Below, in pieces: positions 40,043 through 48,643 of a stretch of 64,000 bases of DNA (positions within the stretch are counted from its first letter, which is position 1; each line of letters begins with the position of its first letter). A model generated the notes under the pieces. The model did no database searches. It had not been told where the DNA came from and saw nothing but the letters and a program-made list of their open reading frames with translations. The stretch spans positions 960,001 to 1,024,000 of the forward strand of contig CAVZVA010000009.1 of NCBI GenBank assembly GCA_963778655.1. The letters are read 5' to 3'. The translations under genes were made by a program, and so were the position numbers. The DNA comes from an uncultured delta proteobacterium (GTDB taxonomy: Bacteria; Myxococcota_A; Polyangia; Polyangiales; JAFGIB01).

Positions 40043-41617
40043 ATGTTACTGCAGGACCTGGTTCGACGCGCTGCACAGCGAGCTCCCGATGCGCTGGCGG
40101 TCTGGGGCCCCGACGGCGAGCTCAGCTATGGGCAGCTAGGCGCGCTGGCGGACCGAATCGCCGGCGTGCTCGTCGGGCTCGGGGTCGAGCCGGGCGACCG
40201 CGTCGGGCTGTTTCACGAGAAGTCCACCAAGGTCGTCGCCGCGATGCAGGCCGTGCTCCGCGTGGGCGCGGCGTACGTCCCGCTCGACCCTACTTCGGCG
40301 ATTGCCCGTGTGGCGCTGTGTCTGCGCGACTGTGGCTGTAAAGCGGTGGTCACCGGACGCCGCCAGGCCGCGTCTCTGCGCGCCGCTGGTGTGCGGCTGC
40401 CCTGCCTGCTGATCGATGTCGAGGAGCCGGCGGCACCCACAGCAGATGAGCCTGCGACGCGAACGCTCCACGACCTCGCGAGCAGCCTCCCCGCATCGCC
40501 CGTCGAGGTCGAGCGGCGCGAGGACGACCTCGCATACATTCTCTACACCTCGGGCAGCACCGGCACGCCCAAAGGGGTCTGCTTGAGCCACCGCAACGCG
40601 CTCGCCTATGTCCAATGGGCGGTCGACGCGTTGGGCATCGATGCGCGGGACCGGCTCGCCAACCATGCTCCGTTTCACTTCGACCTGTCGGTCTTCGACC
40701 TGTACGCCGCGTTTTGGGCCGGTGCCAGCGTGCACCTCATTCCGGAGCTCGCGTCGTACGCGCCGCGCAAGCTGGTCGAGCTGATGCATTCGCGTGCGAT
40801 CTCGATCTGGTACTGCGTCCCGTCGGTGTTGACGCTGATGATGCGCGATGGCGGGCTGCTCGAGCGCGAGCAAATCGCGCCGCACACCGTCATCTTCGCC
40901 GGCGAGGTGTTCCCGATCGCGTCCCTGCGCAGGCTCCAGCGCGCGTTTCCCCGGGTACGACTCTACAACTTCTACGGTCCCACCGAAACCAACGTCTGCA
41001 CGGCATATGCCGTGCCCGCGCTGAACGACGGCGATGCGCGCGAGATCCCGATCGGCAGCGCTTCCAGTGGAGACCACGTGTACGCGGTGCGAAGCGACGG
41101 TCAGCCGGCGGGCGCGGGCGAGGAGGGCGAGCTCTGGGTCGAGGGTCCGAGCGTAATGCTGGGATACTGGGGCAAGCCTCCGCAAGACGCACGCCCCTAC
41201 CGTACCGGCGACCTGGTGCGAGTCGAAGCCGGCGGCTGCTTCCGCTACGTGGGCCGCGTGGATAACCAGGTCAAGGTGCGCGGCCATCGTATCGAGCTCG
41301 GGGAAATCGAGACGGCGCTGCGGTCGGCGCCGGAGATCGAGGATGCGGCGGTCGTGGTCGGTGGAAGCGGAGTGGAAGCGCGCCTGGTCGCGTTCGTGGT
41401 TGCGGCCGCGAGTGAGGCGCACCCATCGCTGGTGCGCGTCAAACGCATCTGCGCCGAGCGCCTCCCGCGCTACATGATCGTGGACGCGCTCCATGCCGTC
41501 CCGGCCCTACCGTTGACCCCCAACGGAAAGGCCGATCGGAAGCTGCTGCGAGCCTGGGCCGAGAGCCCACCGCCTCGCAGCTCGGTCGACCGCGTCAGTC
41601 CGGCGCGCGACTCATGA
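40043..41617 (+). CDS. Stand-alone adenylation enzyme, L-prolyl-AMP ligase type (PltF/RedM/Bmp4-like)
   Basis: GAGGAGG RBS; YTSGSTGTPKG, HFDLSVFD, WYCVPS, IFAGE, NFYGPTETNVC, YRTGD, NGK; hand-read code D-L-F-Y-I-A-F-V-C-K. Confidence 0.85.
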   Translation: MLLQDLVRRAAQRAPDALAVWGPDGELSYGQLGALADRIAGVLVGLGVEPGDRVGLFHEKSTKVVAAMQAVLRVGAAYVPLDPTSAIARVALCLRDCGCKAVVTGRRQAASLRAAGVRLPCLLIDVEEPAAPTADEPATRTLHDLASSLPASPVEVERREDDLAYILYTSGSTGTPKGVCLSHRNALAYVQWAVDALGIDARDRLANHAPFHFDLSVFDLYAAFWAGASVHLIPELASYAPRKLVELMHSRAISIWYCVPSVLTLMMRDGGLLEREQIAPHTVIFAGEVFPIASLRRLQRAFPRVRLYNFYGPTETNVCTAYAVPALNDGDAREIPIGSASSGDHVYAVRSDGQPAGAGEEGELWVEGPSVMLGYWGKPPQDARPYRTGDLVRVEAGGCFRYVGRVDNQVKVRGHRIELGEIETALRSAPEIEDAAVVVGGSGVEARLVAFVVAAASEAHPSLVRVKRICAERLPRYMIVDALHAVPALPLTPNGKADRKLLRAWAESPPPRSSVDRVSPARDS

Positions 41618-42313
41618 AGCCGCGCTGCGGCCGTTCTTGGGCGCGTGCTCCTGCGGTCGCAGCTCGTTGTCGCGCAGCTCGGCACGACCGCGAACGAAGT
41701 CTTGCAGAGCGTCCCGCAGGCTCCGGCGCGTCGTTACCCCATCCAGGCGCACGCCCATGTGCACGATGGTTTGTGCGATCGTCGGGCTGATCCCGGTGAT
41801 CACGCAGCGAGCGCCGAGGAGGCGGATGGCTTTGGCCATGCGTATGAAATGGTCGGCCGTACCGGTGTCCATCACCTCGATACCCGTGATGTCGATGATC
41901 GTGCACTTGGCGTTCTTCTCCACCGTGGCACGCAGAATCGCCTCGGTCATCTCCGCGCTCCGCGCGGTATCCATCACGCCGACCACAGGCAAGCAGATCA
42001 CGCCGTTCCAGATCTCGATCACCGGCGTCGAAAGCTCGCTGATAGCCGCCCGCTGGCGCTCGATCGTCTCGAGCTTCTCCTCGAGGTCCTTCTGGTAAGC
42101 CATCATGCGCGCGTGTGCGGCGGCAAGGGATGCGACCGTTTCGTTGATTCCCTTGTACAGCGCTGTGATCGGGTGATCGTCGGGCAGCGCGGTCTCGAGC
42201 CGTCCCGAATAGTCGTTGGCGGTGACCTCGGAGAGCACCATCAAGACGTCGACGATGTGCTCCAGAATGCTGTTTTCAAGCTCGGTTTCGTGAGTGTCTT
42301 GGTTGGTATCCAT
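41612..42313 (-). CDS. rsbR: Stressosome RsbR-like STAS protein with short HAMP/coiled-coil-like N-terminus
   Basis: ISELSTPVI.IW.GVI.LP.VG.MDT.R, IDITGI.VMDT, ITGISP.IAQT. Confidence 0.9.
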   Translation of the reverse strand: MDTNQDTHETELENSILEHIVDVLMVLSEVTANDYSGRLETALPDDHPITALYKGINETVASLAAAHARMMAYQKDLEEKLETIERQRAAISELSTPVIEIWNGVICLPVVGVMDTARSAEMTEAILRATVEKNAKCTIIDITGIEVMDTGTADHFIRMAKAIRLLGARCVITGISPTIAQTIVHMGVRLDGVTTRRSLRDALQDFVRGRAELRDNELRPQEHAPKNGRSAAS

Positions 42314-42360
42314 GTTCCCGCAGCGCTCCTGTGTGGCGACCAGTGCCCGACTCAGGGCAG

Positions 42361-42819
42361 CTAGCGCGCGCCTGGCTCGAGTGGTTCCTCCGCTTCCGCC
42401 AAGCAACGAAGGGTTCCGGTGTCTGCGTCGTCCTCGTCGTCGTCGTTGCCAGAGCGGTGCACCACGCCGAGCAGGCCGACGGCATCCTCCAGCGAGGGCA
42501 CGGTAGCTACGTCCGGCATGTCCAGACCCATGGTTTGCAATGTGATGGCGATCTGCGGGCTCAGCCCACAGATCACGGTCTGGGTACCCATCAACGCCGC
42601 CGACGATGCGAGCACGGAGAGCACCGAGCAGAGATGGCTGTCCATCAACCATAGCCCGGTGACGTCGATCACGAGGCCCGTGGTGCGAGAGCGCTCGATG
42701 GCCCGCAGCACGTCGCTGCAGAGCGCCTCGCCTTGCAGGTCATCGACGTCGCCCTGCAGAGGAATCAGCAGAATATTCCACAGCCTCAGCGTAGGAATGC
42801 GATTCGCCTGGGTGGTCAC
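42361..42819 (-). CDS. rsbS: Stressosome RsbS-like STAS protein
   Basis: IP.LRL..ILLIPLQGD, IDVTG..MDS (phospho-Ser), LMG..TVICGL.P.IAITL. Confidence 0.88.
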   Translation of the reverse strand: MTTQANRIPTLRLWNILLIPLQGDVDDLQGEALCSDVLRAIERSRTTGLVIDVTGLWLMDSHLCSVLSVLASSAALMGTQTVICGLSPQIAITLQTMGLDMPDVATVPSLEDAVGLLGVVHRSGNDDDEDDADTGTLRCLAEAEEPLEPGAR

Positions 42820-43388
42820 GATCCGTCTCCCATGTCCGCGACGAGCACGCTGGCGTCGTCGTGGTCGCGGCGAAAGCGGGTCATCAGCGTAGCCAGCACC
42901 TGCCGCCGTTCCATGCTCTTGAAGTCGTGTGCTGCGAATCGGGTCGAGATTCCATCCGAGAACACCAGCAGGCGTGCGCCGGCCCGGAGCGCTCCGCGAA
43001 AGATCTTCGGATTGTTTACGCCGCGTCCGAGGATGCCCGGGGTCAGCACGGTTGGAATCTCGGCGCCTACGGTTCTCATCTCGACATTGCCGACCCCGCA
43101 GCTCTCCAGCATGCCGTTCTCGAAGCGACACACCATGGCCGCCGCCCCGCGCGTCGACCGCAGAGCAGCGTCCAGGCCCGAGATCAGATCCAGCACGGTC
43201 GTCGTGAGCGGTACGCTGCCCAGGTACTCGAGCGCGCTGCGCGAGGCCACGGCGGCCCCAGGCCCGTGTCCGAGCCCGTCCACGACCGCGAACAGCGTCA
43301 CGCCGTCCTCGTGCCGCACGCACACCCCGTCGCCGTTGTCCGGCCCGTTGGCGGTAGCGAGAGTCTCGTATTCAATCGCGAGGCTCAT
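42816..43388 (-). CDS. rsbX: RsbX-like PP2C/SpoIIE phosphatase
   Basis: NGD, VDGLGHG, RGAA, GVGNV, SDGI, DDAS. Confidence 0.85.
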   Translation of the reverse strand: MSLAIEYETLATANGPDNGDGVCVRHEDGVTLFAVVDGLGHGPGAAVASRSALEYLGSVPLTTTVLDLISGLDAALRSTRGAAAMVCRFENGMLESCGVGNVEMRTVGAEIPTVLTPGILGRGVNNPKIFRGALRAGARLLVFSDGISTRFAAHDFKSMERRQVLATLMTRFRRDHDDASVLVADMGDGS

Positions 43389-44020
43389 AGCGCCAGCGCC
43401 GCTTCAATGGTCGTGCCGGCATGTCCGGTCCTGATTTGGAAGGAGCTCGAAAGGCGTTTGCTGCCGGCGATGCCGAGCCCGAGGCCCGTGGAGCTGCGGT
43501 ATTCGCCCGCGAGAATTGCATCGAGATCGCGAATGCCCGGGCCAGCGTCTCGCGCACACACGAGGATCGACCGCTGCTCGCTGCGCGGCCGCAGCTCGAT
43601 CGATCCACCACGCGTGTAGGAAACGATGTTGCGCGCGAGCTCGCTGACCACGGTCGCGACCTTGTGGGTCGCGCTCGGGCTTGCACCGATTGACTCGCAG
43701 ATCGCGCGTGCCCGGCTGCGCGCCACGACGATGTCGCGTTCGTGCGTAATGGTGATCACCTCATCCCCCTGGCCACTGAGCGCGTCGCGCCGTGCGAACA
43801 GCGCCTCGATTCGTTCGAACATCTCGGCTTGCTGGTCTCGAGAGACAAACAAATGGCTAGCCGCGCGCAGACAAGCCAGCACCTCATTGCGGTTCTCCGG
43901 CGTGATGGTGCCCTCACGACCACTGCACTTTTCGAGCGCCCGCCGGACCAGCGAGCGTGCATTGATGCTCGACACGTAGTCCGTCATGATGTCCAGAAGT
44001 TGCGTGTGGACGGTCTTCAT
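43385..44020 (-). CDS. rsbT: RsbT-like Ser/Thr kinase (GHKL) with extra ~85-aa N-terminal domain
   Basis: DIVVAR, VSELARNI, DAGPGI, STGLGLG..GSKRL. Confidence 0.87.
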   Translation of the reverse strand: MKTVHTQLLDIMTDYVSSINARSLVRRALEKCSGREGTITPENRNEVLACLRAASHLFVSRDQQAEMFERIEALFARRDALSGQGDEVITITHERDIVVARSRARAICESIGASPSATHKVATVVSELARNIVSYTRGGSIELRPRSEQRSILVCARDAGPGIRDLDAILAGEYRSSTGLGLGIAGSKRLSSSFQIRTGHAGTTIEAALAL

Positions 44021-44079
44021 GTCGGCCGTTCGGTTTCGGCTTCCGGCCGGCGGCGCCGGTGCGTGCCTTGCGCTGGCGA

Positions 44080-44646
44080 TCACCACACGATTTCGAACTC
44101 GTAGCGCGACGAATTGGGGCTCTCGCTGCGATTTAACTGCTTGACCCGTGCATCCGGCAGCCCCATCGCGTTCAGCGAGAAGGTGAGAAATCCGATTGCC
44201 GTGGGACCGATGTGCGTGTATCCGTCGACGTCCGCGAGGGTCATCTTGAGCAGACGGTCGGCCTCGAGCCTGCAGCGCATGTCTCCAAAGTTGTGGCTCT
44301 TCTTCCAGATGTCGGGCCACTTGGACGCCATGATCTTTGGCGTCATCAGCTTGATCAGCAATCGAACGTAGGTGCCCGCGGCGTAGTCCGCGATTGCCGC
44401 GCCGGCGTTGATGATCTGCTGATATCCGGTGTCAGGATCGCTTTGGGACTCGTAGACGGCGTGATTGATGTCCGCAACGAAAGAAACAGGTTTCCATTCG
44501 TCGCGAGAGACCGTCTTCAGCATCTCTCGAGTTTCGGGGGCCATGCGCTTGTAGATCGCGCTGCGCGTGTCGTCATCGTAGGTCTCGTTTATGAAATCTT
44601 GGAGGGGAAGGATGTGGATTCCCTTGACCAGTCGCTCCATGTCCAT
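44080..44646 (-). CDS. Hypothetical protein, DUF2378/H-NOX-V4R-like putative small-ligand-binding domain
   Basis: KG...W.P...G...TP......P.IW...H.FG pattern ending in EFEIVW; first gene of the rsb operon; AGGAG RBS. Confidence 0.55.
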   Translation of the reverse strand: MDMERLVKGIHILPLQDFINETYDDDTRSAIYKRMAPETREMLKTVSRDEWKPVSFVADINHAVYESQSDPDTGYQQIINAGAAIADYAAGTYVRLLIKLMTPKIMASKWPDIWKKSHNFGDMRCRLEADRLLKMTLADVDGYTHIGPTAIGFLTFSLNAMGLPDARVKQLNRSESPNSSRYEFEIVW

Positions 44647-44870
44647 CTCCTGCTAGCGCGCTTCGACGCCCGCGCATCACGTGGCGAAAGACTATGATAG
44701 GCGAAATTTCCAGTGCGCAGAGAGCGAGTTTTTTCGCCCTCCTTTCTGGTCCTCGAGGGTGTGCTGGAGTGCGTGCGCGCACGACCAAGGGGCATACGAT
44801 AGTTGCGTCCGGCCGGCATGCGATCGTGAGAGACCCGCAGAAGCGTCTTCCGCGCTAGGCTCGCTGCTGA

Positions 44871-45350
44871 GTGTCGGCGCGCCATTCAGACGAACGGACA
44901 AGGTTTTGCGTGCGGTCCGAGCTCGACGTGTTCGACGCGCGCCGTGCCGCCGACCGGATTGCGCGGGCAAGCGGCTTTTCCAGTGCGGATGCCGGCGTGC
45001 TGAGGCTCGTGGTTTCGGAGCTCGGCTACAACATCGTTCGGCACGCAGAGCACGGGCAAATCGGCTTTAGCGTGTTCAACGATCCCCAGCACGGCACAGC
45101 TGTGCAGATCGACGCATCGGATCACGGTCCACCGATCCCGGATCTCGCGCTCGCCATCAGGGATGGTCATGATGGGCGCGGCCCACTGGACCCGGCGCGC
45201 CTACTGGAGCGCCAGGGCATCGGCAGCGGGCTCGGCGCGATCGTGCGGCTCAGTCACGACTTTCGGTACGAACGGACGGGCACCGGAAACCGGTTCGTGG
45301 TGGTTCGGTACAGGCGCGGGCCTCGAGCGGCGCCACCGAAAGGTCGCTGA
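44871..45350 (+). CDS. Second RsbT-like GHKL kinase / anti-sigma regulatory factor
   Basis: DVFDARR, VVSELGYNIVRHA, SDHGPPI.DL..A..DG, G.GLGAI.RL. Confidence 0.82.
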   Translation: MSARHSDERTRFCVRSELDVFDARRAADRIARASGFSSADAGVLRLVVSELGYNIVRHAEHGQIGFSVFNDPQHGTAVQIDASDHGPPIPDLALAIRDGHDGRGPLDPARLLERQGIGSGLGAIVRLSHDFRYERTGTGNRFVVVRYRRGPRAAPPKGR

Positions 45351-45491
45351 AACGCTCTGCTGCAACCGCGTCCGTCCGCAAACGACGCGCCAGGTCGGGA
45401 GATCCGGCCAAAGCTCAGGGCGAAAAACCTCGCTCTTACGGGCGCGCGTTGGCGCGTGCTAAGCGGGCGGCTGAACGACTGGGTCGAGCGC

Positions 45492-46637
45492 ATGGACTTC
45501 GAGTGGAGCGAGACACAGGAAGAGCTGTATCGCGGCCTCAAGAGGTTCGCGCGCGAGCAATTGGGTGAGCGCGGGGCGCGCCCAGGCGACGCGGCGGCGA
45601 CCCGCGAAGAGGCGTGGCTCGCTTGCGGGCGCGTGGGCCTGCTCGGCCTGAGCGTGCCGGCGGCTCACGGCGGTGGAGGGCTGGATGCGTTGAGCAGCGC
45701 GCGAGCCATGGAGGCGTTCGGCGAGGGCTGCCAGGACATGGGACTGGTGTTTGCGGCAGCCGCGCACTTGAACGCGTGCGCGATGCCGCTCGCCGAATTC
45801 GGGGGCGAAGTGATCAAGAAGCGTTTGTTGCCCCGGATGTGCGAAGGAGCGCTGGTAGGAGCCAACGCGATTTCGGAGGCGGAGGCCGGATCGGATCTCG
45901 CGGCGATGACCACGCGCGCGGTACGGAACGGCGATGCATACATCATCGACGGCGAGAAGAGCTTCGTGACGAACGGGCCCTCGGCAGGTGTTTACACGCT
46001 ATACGCGGTCACCAACCCGGGCGACGGCTTCATGGGAATCAGCGCGTTCTTGGTCGAGCGTTGCTTTCCCGGCATTCGAGTCGGCAGGCCGTTCGAGAAG
46101 ATCGGATTGCACAGCGCGCAGACCTGCCCGGTGCTGTTCGAAGGCTGCCGCGTTCCGGCCGAAAACCTGCTCGGCGAAGAAGGCAAGGGGCTCGCGATCT
46201 TCAACCGCTCGATGGCGTGGGAACGCACCTGTCTGTTCGCGGGCTACTTGGGACAGATGCAGCGCCAGCTCGAGCGGACCATAGCCTACGCGCGCGAGCG
46301 GAAGCAATTTCGCAAGCCGATTGGGCGCAATCAGTCGGTTGCAAACCGCATCGTGGACATGAAGGTCAGGCTCGAGGCGGCGCGCCTGCTGCTCTACCGC
46401 GCGTGCTGGGCAATCGACCGAGGACGTTCGGCCGAGCTCGAGGTGTCGATGGCGAAGCTAGCGGTGAGCGAAGCCGCGGTGGCCTCGGGGCTCGATGCGA
46501 TCCGGGTGCACGGCGGCCTCGGCGTCATGCTGGAGAGCGGCGTTCCGCAAGGCCTGGTTGATTCGGTGCCGTGCGCGATCTTTTCCGGGACCTCCGACCT
46601 GCAGCGAAACCTGATCGCGCGGGAGCTCGGCTTGTGA
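45492..46637 (+). CDS. Acyl-CoA dehydrogenase family, L-prolyl-PCP dehydrogenase type (PltE/RedW/Bmp3-like)
   Basis: AAAHL.AC.MP, ANAISEAEAGSD, FVTNGP, SMAWER.CLFA.YLG, IFSGTSDLQR (the usual YEG catalytic Glu is replaced, as in prolyl-PCP dehydrogenases). Confidence 0.85.
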   Translation: MDFEWSETQEELYRGLKRFAREQLGERGARPGDAAATREEAWLACGRVGLLGLSVPAAHGGGGLDALSSARAMEAFGEGCQDMGLVFAAAAHLNACAMPLAEFGGEVIKKRLLPRMCEGALVGANAISEAEAGSDLAAMTTRAVRNGDAYIIDGEKSFVTNGPSAGVYTLYAVTNPGDGFMGISAFLVERCFPGIRVGRPFEKIGLHSAQTCPVLFEGCRVPAENLLGEEGKGLAIFNRSMAWERTCLFAGYLGQMQRQLERTIAYARERKQFRKPIGRNQSVANRIVDMKVRLEAARLLLYRACWAIDRGRSAELEVSMAKLAVSEAAVASGLDAIRVHGGLGVMLESGVPQGLVDSVPCAIFSGTSDLQRNLIARELGL

Positions 46638-46728
46638 CGCGAGAGCCGAGACGGGGCGCGTTCGCGATGCGCTGTGCGAATCGCGTCCGCAGCCTGCGGC
46701 CGTGCGCTCGCGCGGAGGGGGAGCAGCC

Positions 46729-47775
46729 GTGACCCGGAACATCGGCCGTATCGATGTGCATGCGCACGCATTTCCCGAAGATTTTTTGCGTGAGCTCCAC
46801 CGGCTGTATCCGGATGAGGTCGCGCTCACGACGCTTGCCGGCACGCTTGTCGGGATCTGGAACAAGGCACCGCTGCCGGCGTTCGAGCCGGCCGCGCGGC
46901 TGGCCGCGATGGACGCCGATGGCGTCGAAATCGAGGTGTTGTCCGCACCCCCGCTGTACGGGCACTTCGACCGCCACACCGCCCGCCTGTGCCGGCAGAT
47001 GAACGACTTCCAGCTCGCGCTGTCGACGGCGCATCCGGCGCGGTTTCGCGCATTCGTTCACCTGCCCTATCACGACCCGGAGGCGGCTGCCTGCGAGCTG
47101 GAGCGACTCCGGGCCGAGCCGCTGTGCGTGGGCGTGGTGATCGCGTCGAACATGAACGGCTGGTATCCGGGCGAGGAACGTCTGCGCTACTTGTGGCCGT
47201 TGCTGGTAGAGGCGCGCCTGCCCGTCTTCATTCATCCGGTGGCGCCCTGTGGCGTCCTGAGCCCGATCGCGCCGCCGGTCCTGCACTTCCCCAACGACAC
47301 GGCGATTGCAGCCGCGTCGCTGATCTATGCCGGTGTGCTCGACAGCGAGCCGGGGCTGCGCATAGTGCTGCCGCACTACGGCGGCACGCTGCCGATGCTG
47401 CAGCCGCGTCTGGATATGGTCCGGCACCCGCACTTTCCGCAGCTGCCTGGCTCGCGGTTGGCGGCTCCGCCGAGCTCATACGTCACGCGCTTTCACGTGG
47501 ACACGGCGCAGGGCTTTCACGCAGCCAGCTTCGAGTGCGCGCGTGCGGTGTTCGGCAGCGCCCACATGCTCTACGGCTCGGATTACTTCCTGTTGGACAC
47601 GCCTTGGCGGGCGCAGCTCAATCGATTTCTGGACGAGGCGCTGCCCGACGAGCGCGAGCGCGAGGCCGTGCTGCGGGGTAATGCCAGTGCGCTGCTGCTG
47701 GCGGGCCGGGAGTCGGCCGAGCCATCGAGGCTCGCGCAGGGCGGTGCGAGGGAGCACCACGATGCATCCGCTTGA
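46729..47775 (+). CDS. Amidohydrolase_2 family protein (ACMSD/decarboxylase-like)
   Basis: IDVHAH metal motif, VFIHP, PHYGGTLP, YGSDY. Confidence 0.85.
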   Translation: MTRNIGRIDVHAHAFPEDFLRELHRLYPDEVALTTLAGTLVGIWNKAPLPAFEPAARLAAMDADGVEIEVLSAPPLYGHFDRHTARLCRQMNDFQLALSTAHPARFRAFVHLPYHDPEAAACELERLRAEPLCVGVVIASNMNGWYPGEERLRYLWPLLVEARLPVFIHPVAPCGVLSPIAPPVLHFPNDTAIAAASLIYAGVLDSEPGLRIVLPHYGGTLPMLQPRLDMVRHPHFPQLPGSRLAAPPSSYVTRFHVDTAQGFHAASFECARAVFGSAHMLYGSDYFLLDTPWRAQLNRFLDEALPDEREREAVLRGNASALLLAGRESAEPSRLAQGGAREHHDASA

Positions 47776-48643
47776 ATCGAGTCATTGCGAAGTCGCGGGG
47801 TATCCCACCCACTTGCTCGAGGGAGGGGCTGGGAGCGACGCCCTGGTGTGGTTTCCGGCGTTGCTCGACTCGGCGGCCGGCTTCGGCCGCGTCATGCGCC
47901 TGCTGCTGCGGCGCCTCGCCGGCAACGTGCGGCTGATCGCGGTGGATCCGCCCGGTTATGGCGCCGCGGCGCTGCAGCCCGGGCGAGGCTTGCCGAGCTT
48001 CGCGGAATGGACGGCCTGGTGCGCCGGCTTGGCGGCGTTGCTAGAGCGCCGCTGTCCCGGGCGCATGGTCTTCGCCGGCAACAGCTCGGGCGGCGTCGCG
48101 GCCACCGCCGCCGCGGTGTCGAGCGCGCGCTGCGCCGGTCTCGCGCTCGTGTGCTGGTGCGACTGGCAGGGGGTGCCGGCGCCGGACGCCGGCGTGTTGT
48201 GTCCGCGCGACGCCGGCGCCGCTCGGCGCTTGCTCGCGCGTTCGTGGCATTGTCCTCCGCAGCTGCCCGAGAGCGCGCTCGCGGCGCTCGTGCGCGAGGC
48301 TGCCGCGCCGGCCTTTGTCGCCCACGTGGAGTCGTTCGATGCCGGTGCCTATCGCAGCTTGCTCCGCGGTTTCTCCGGCGGGCTGAGGCTGATCGGGGGC
48401 GACAGTGACGGGCTCGTGCCGGCCGCGGAGCTATATCGCACCGCCGCCGCGCACGGCGACGCGTCCGTGCACGTGCTCGCACGGTGCGGGCACTACCCAC
48501 ACCGCGAGCGCCCCATGGAGCTCGCAGGGTTGCTCGCAGCCTTGATCGAGACCCAGCTCGCGTGGAGCTCACTGCCGTTGGCTGCGCCGGCGACGAAGCG
48601 CACGGCGCTCGAGGGACAGCGTGGAACAGACTGCAATTCTTGA
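47762..48643 (+). CDS. Alpha/beta hydrolase (intact Ser-Asp-His triad; possible thioesterase)
   Basis: DPPGYG, GNSSGG nucleophile elbow, GDSDGLVP, CGHYPHRERP. Confidence 0.8.
   Translation: MHPLESSHCEVAGYPTHLLEGGAGSDALVWFPALLDSAAGFGRVMRLLLRRLAGNVRLIAVDPPGYGAAALQPGRGLPSFAEWTAWCAGLAALLERRCPGRMVFAGNSSGGVAATAAAVSSARCAGLALVCWCDWQGVPAPDAGVLCPRDAGAARRLLARSWHCPPQLPESALAALVREAAAPAFVAHVESFDAGAYRSLLRGFSGGLRLIGGDSDGLVPAAELYRTAAAHGDASVHVLARCGHYPHRERPMELAGLLAALIETQLAWSSLPLAAPATKRTALEGQRGTDCNS

Noticed and set aside
40043..41617. Annotation as D-alanine--carrier ligase DltA
   Set aside because: No dltB/dltD nearby; the code residues and the neighbouring dehydrogenase, PCP and halogenase fit proline activation better.
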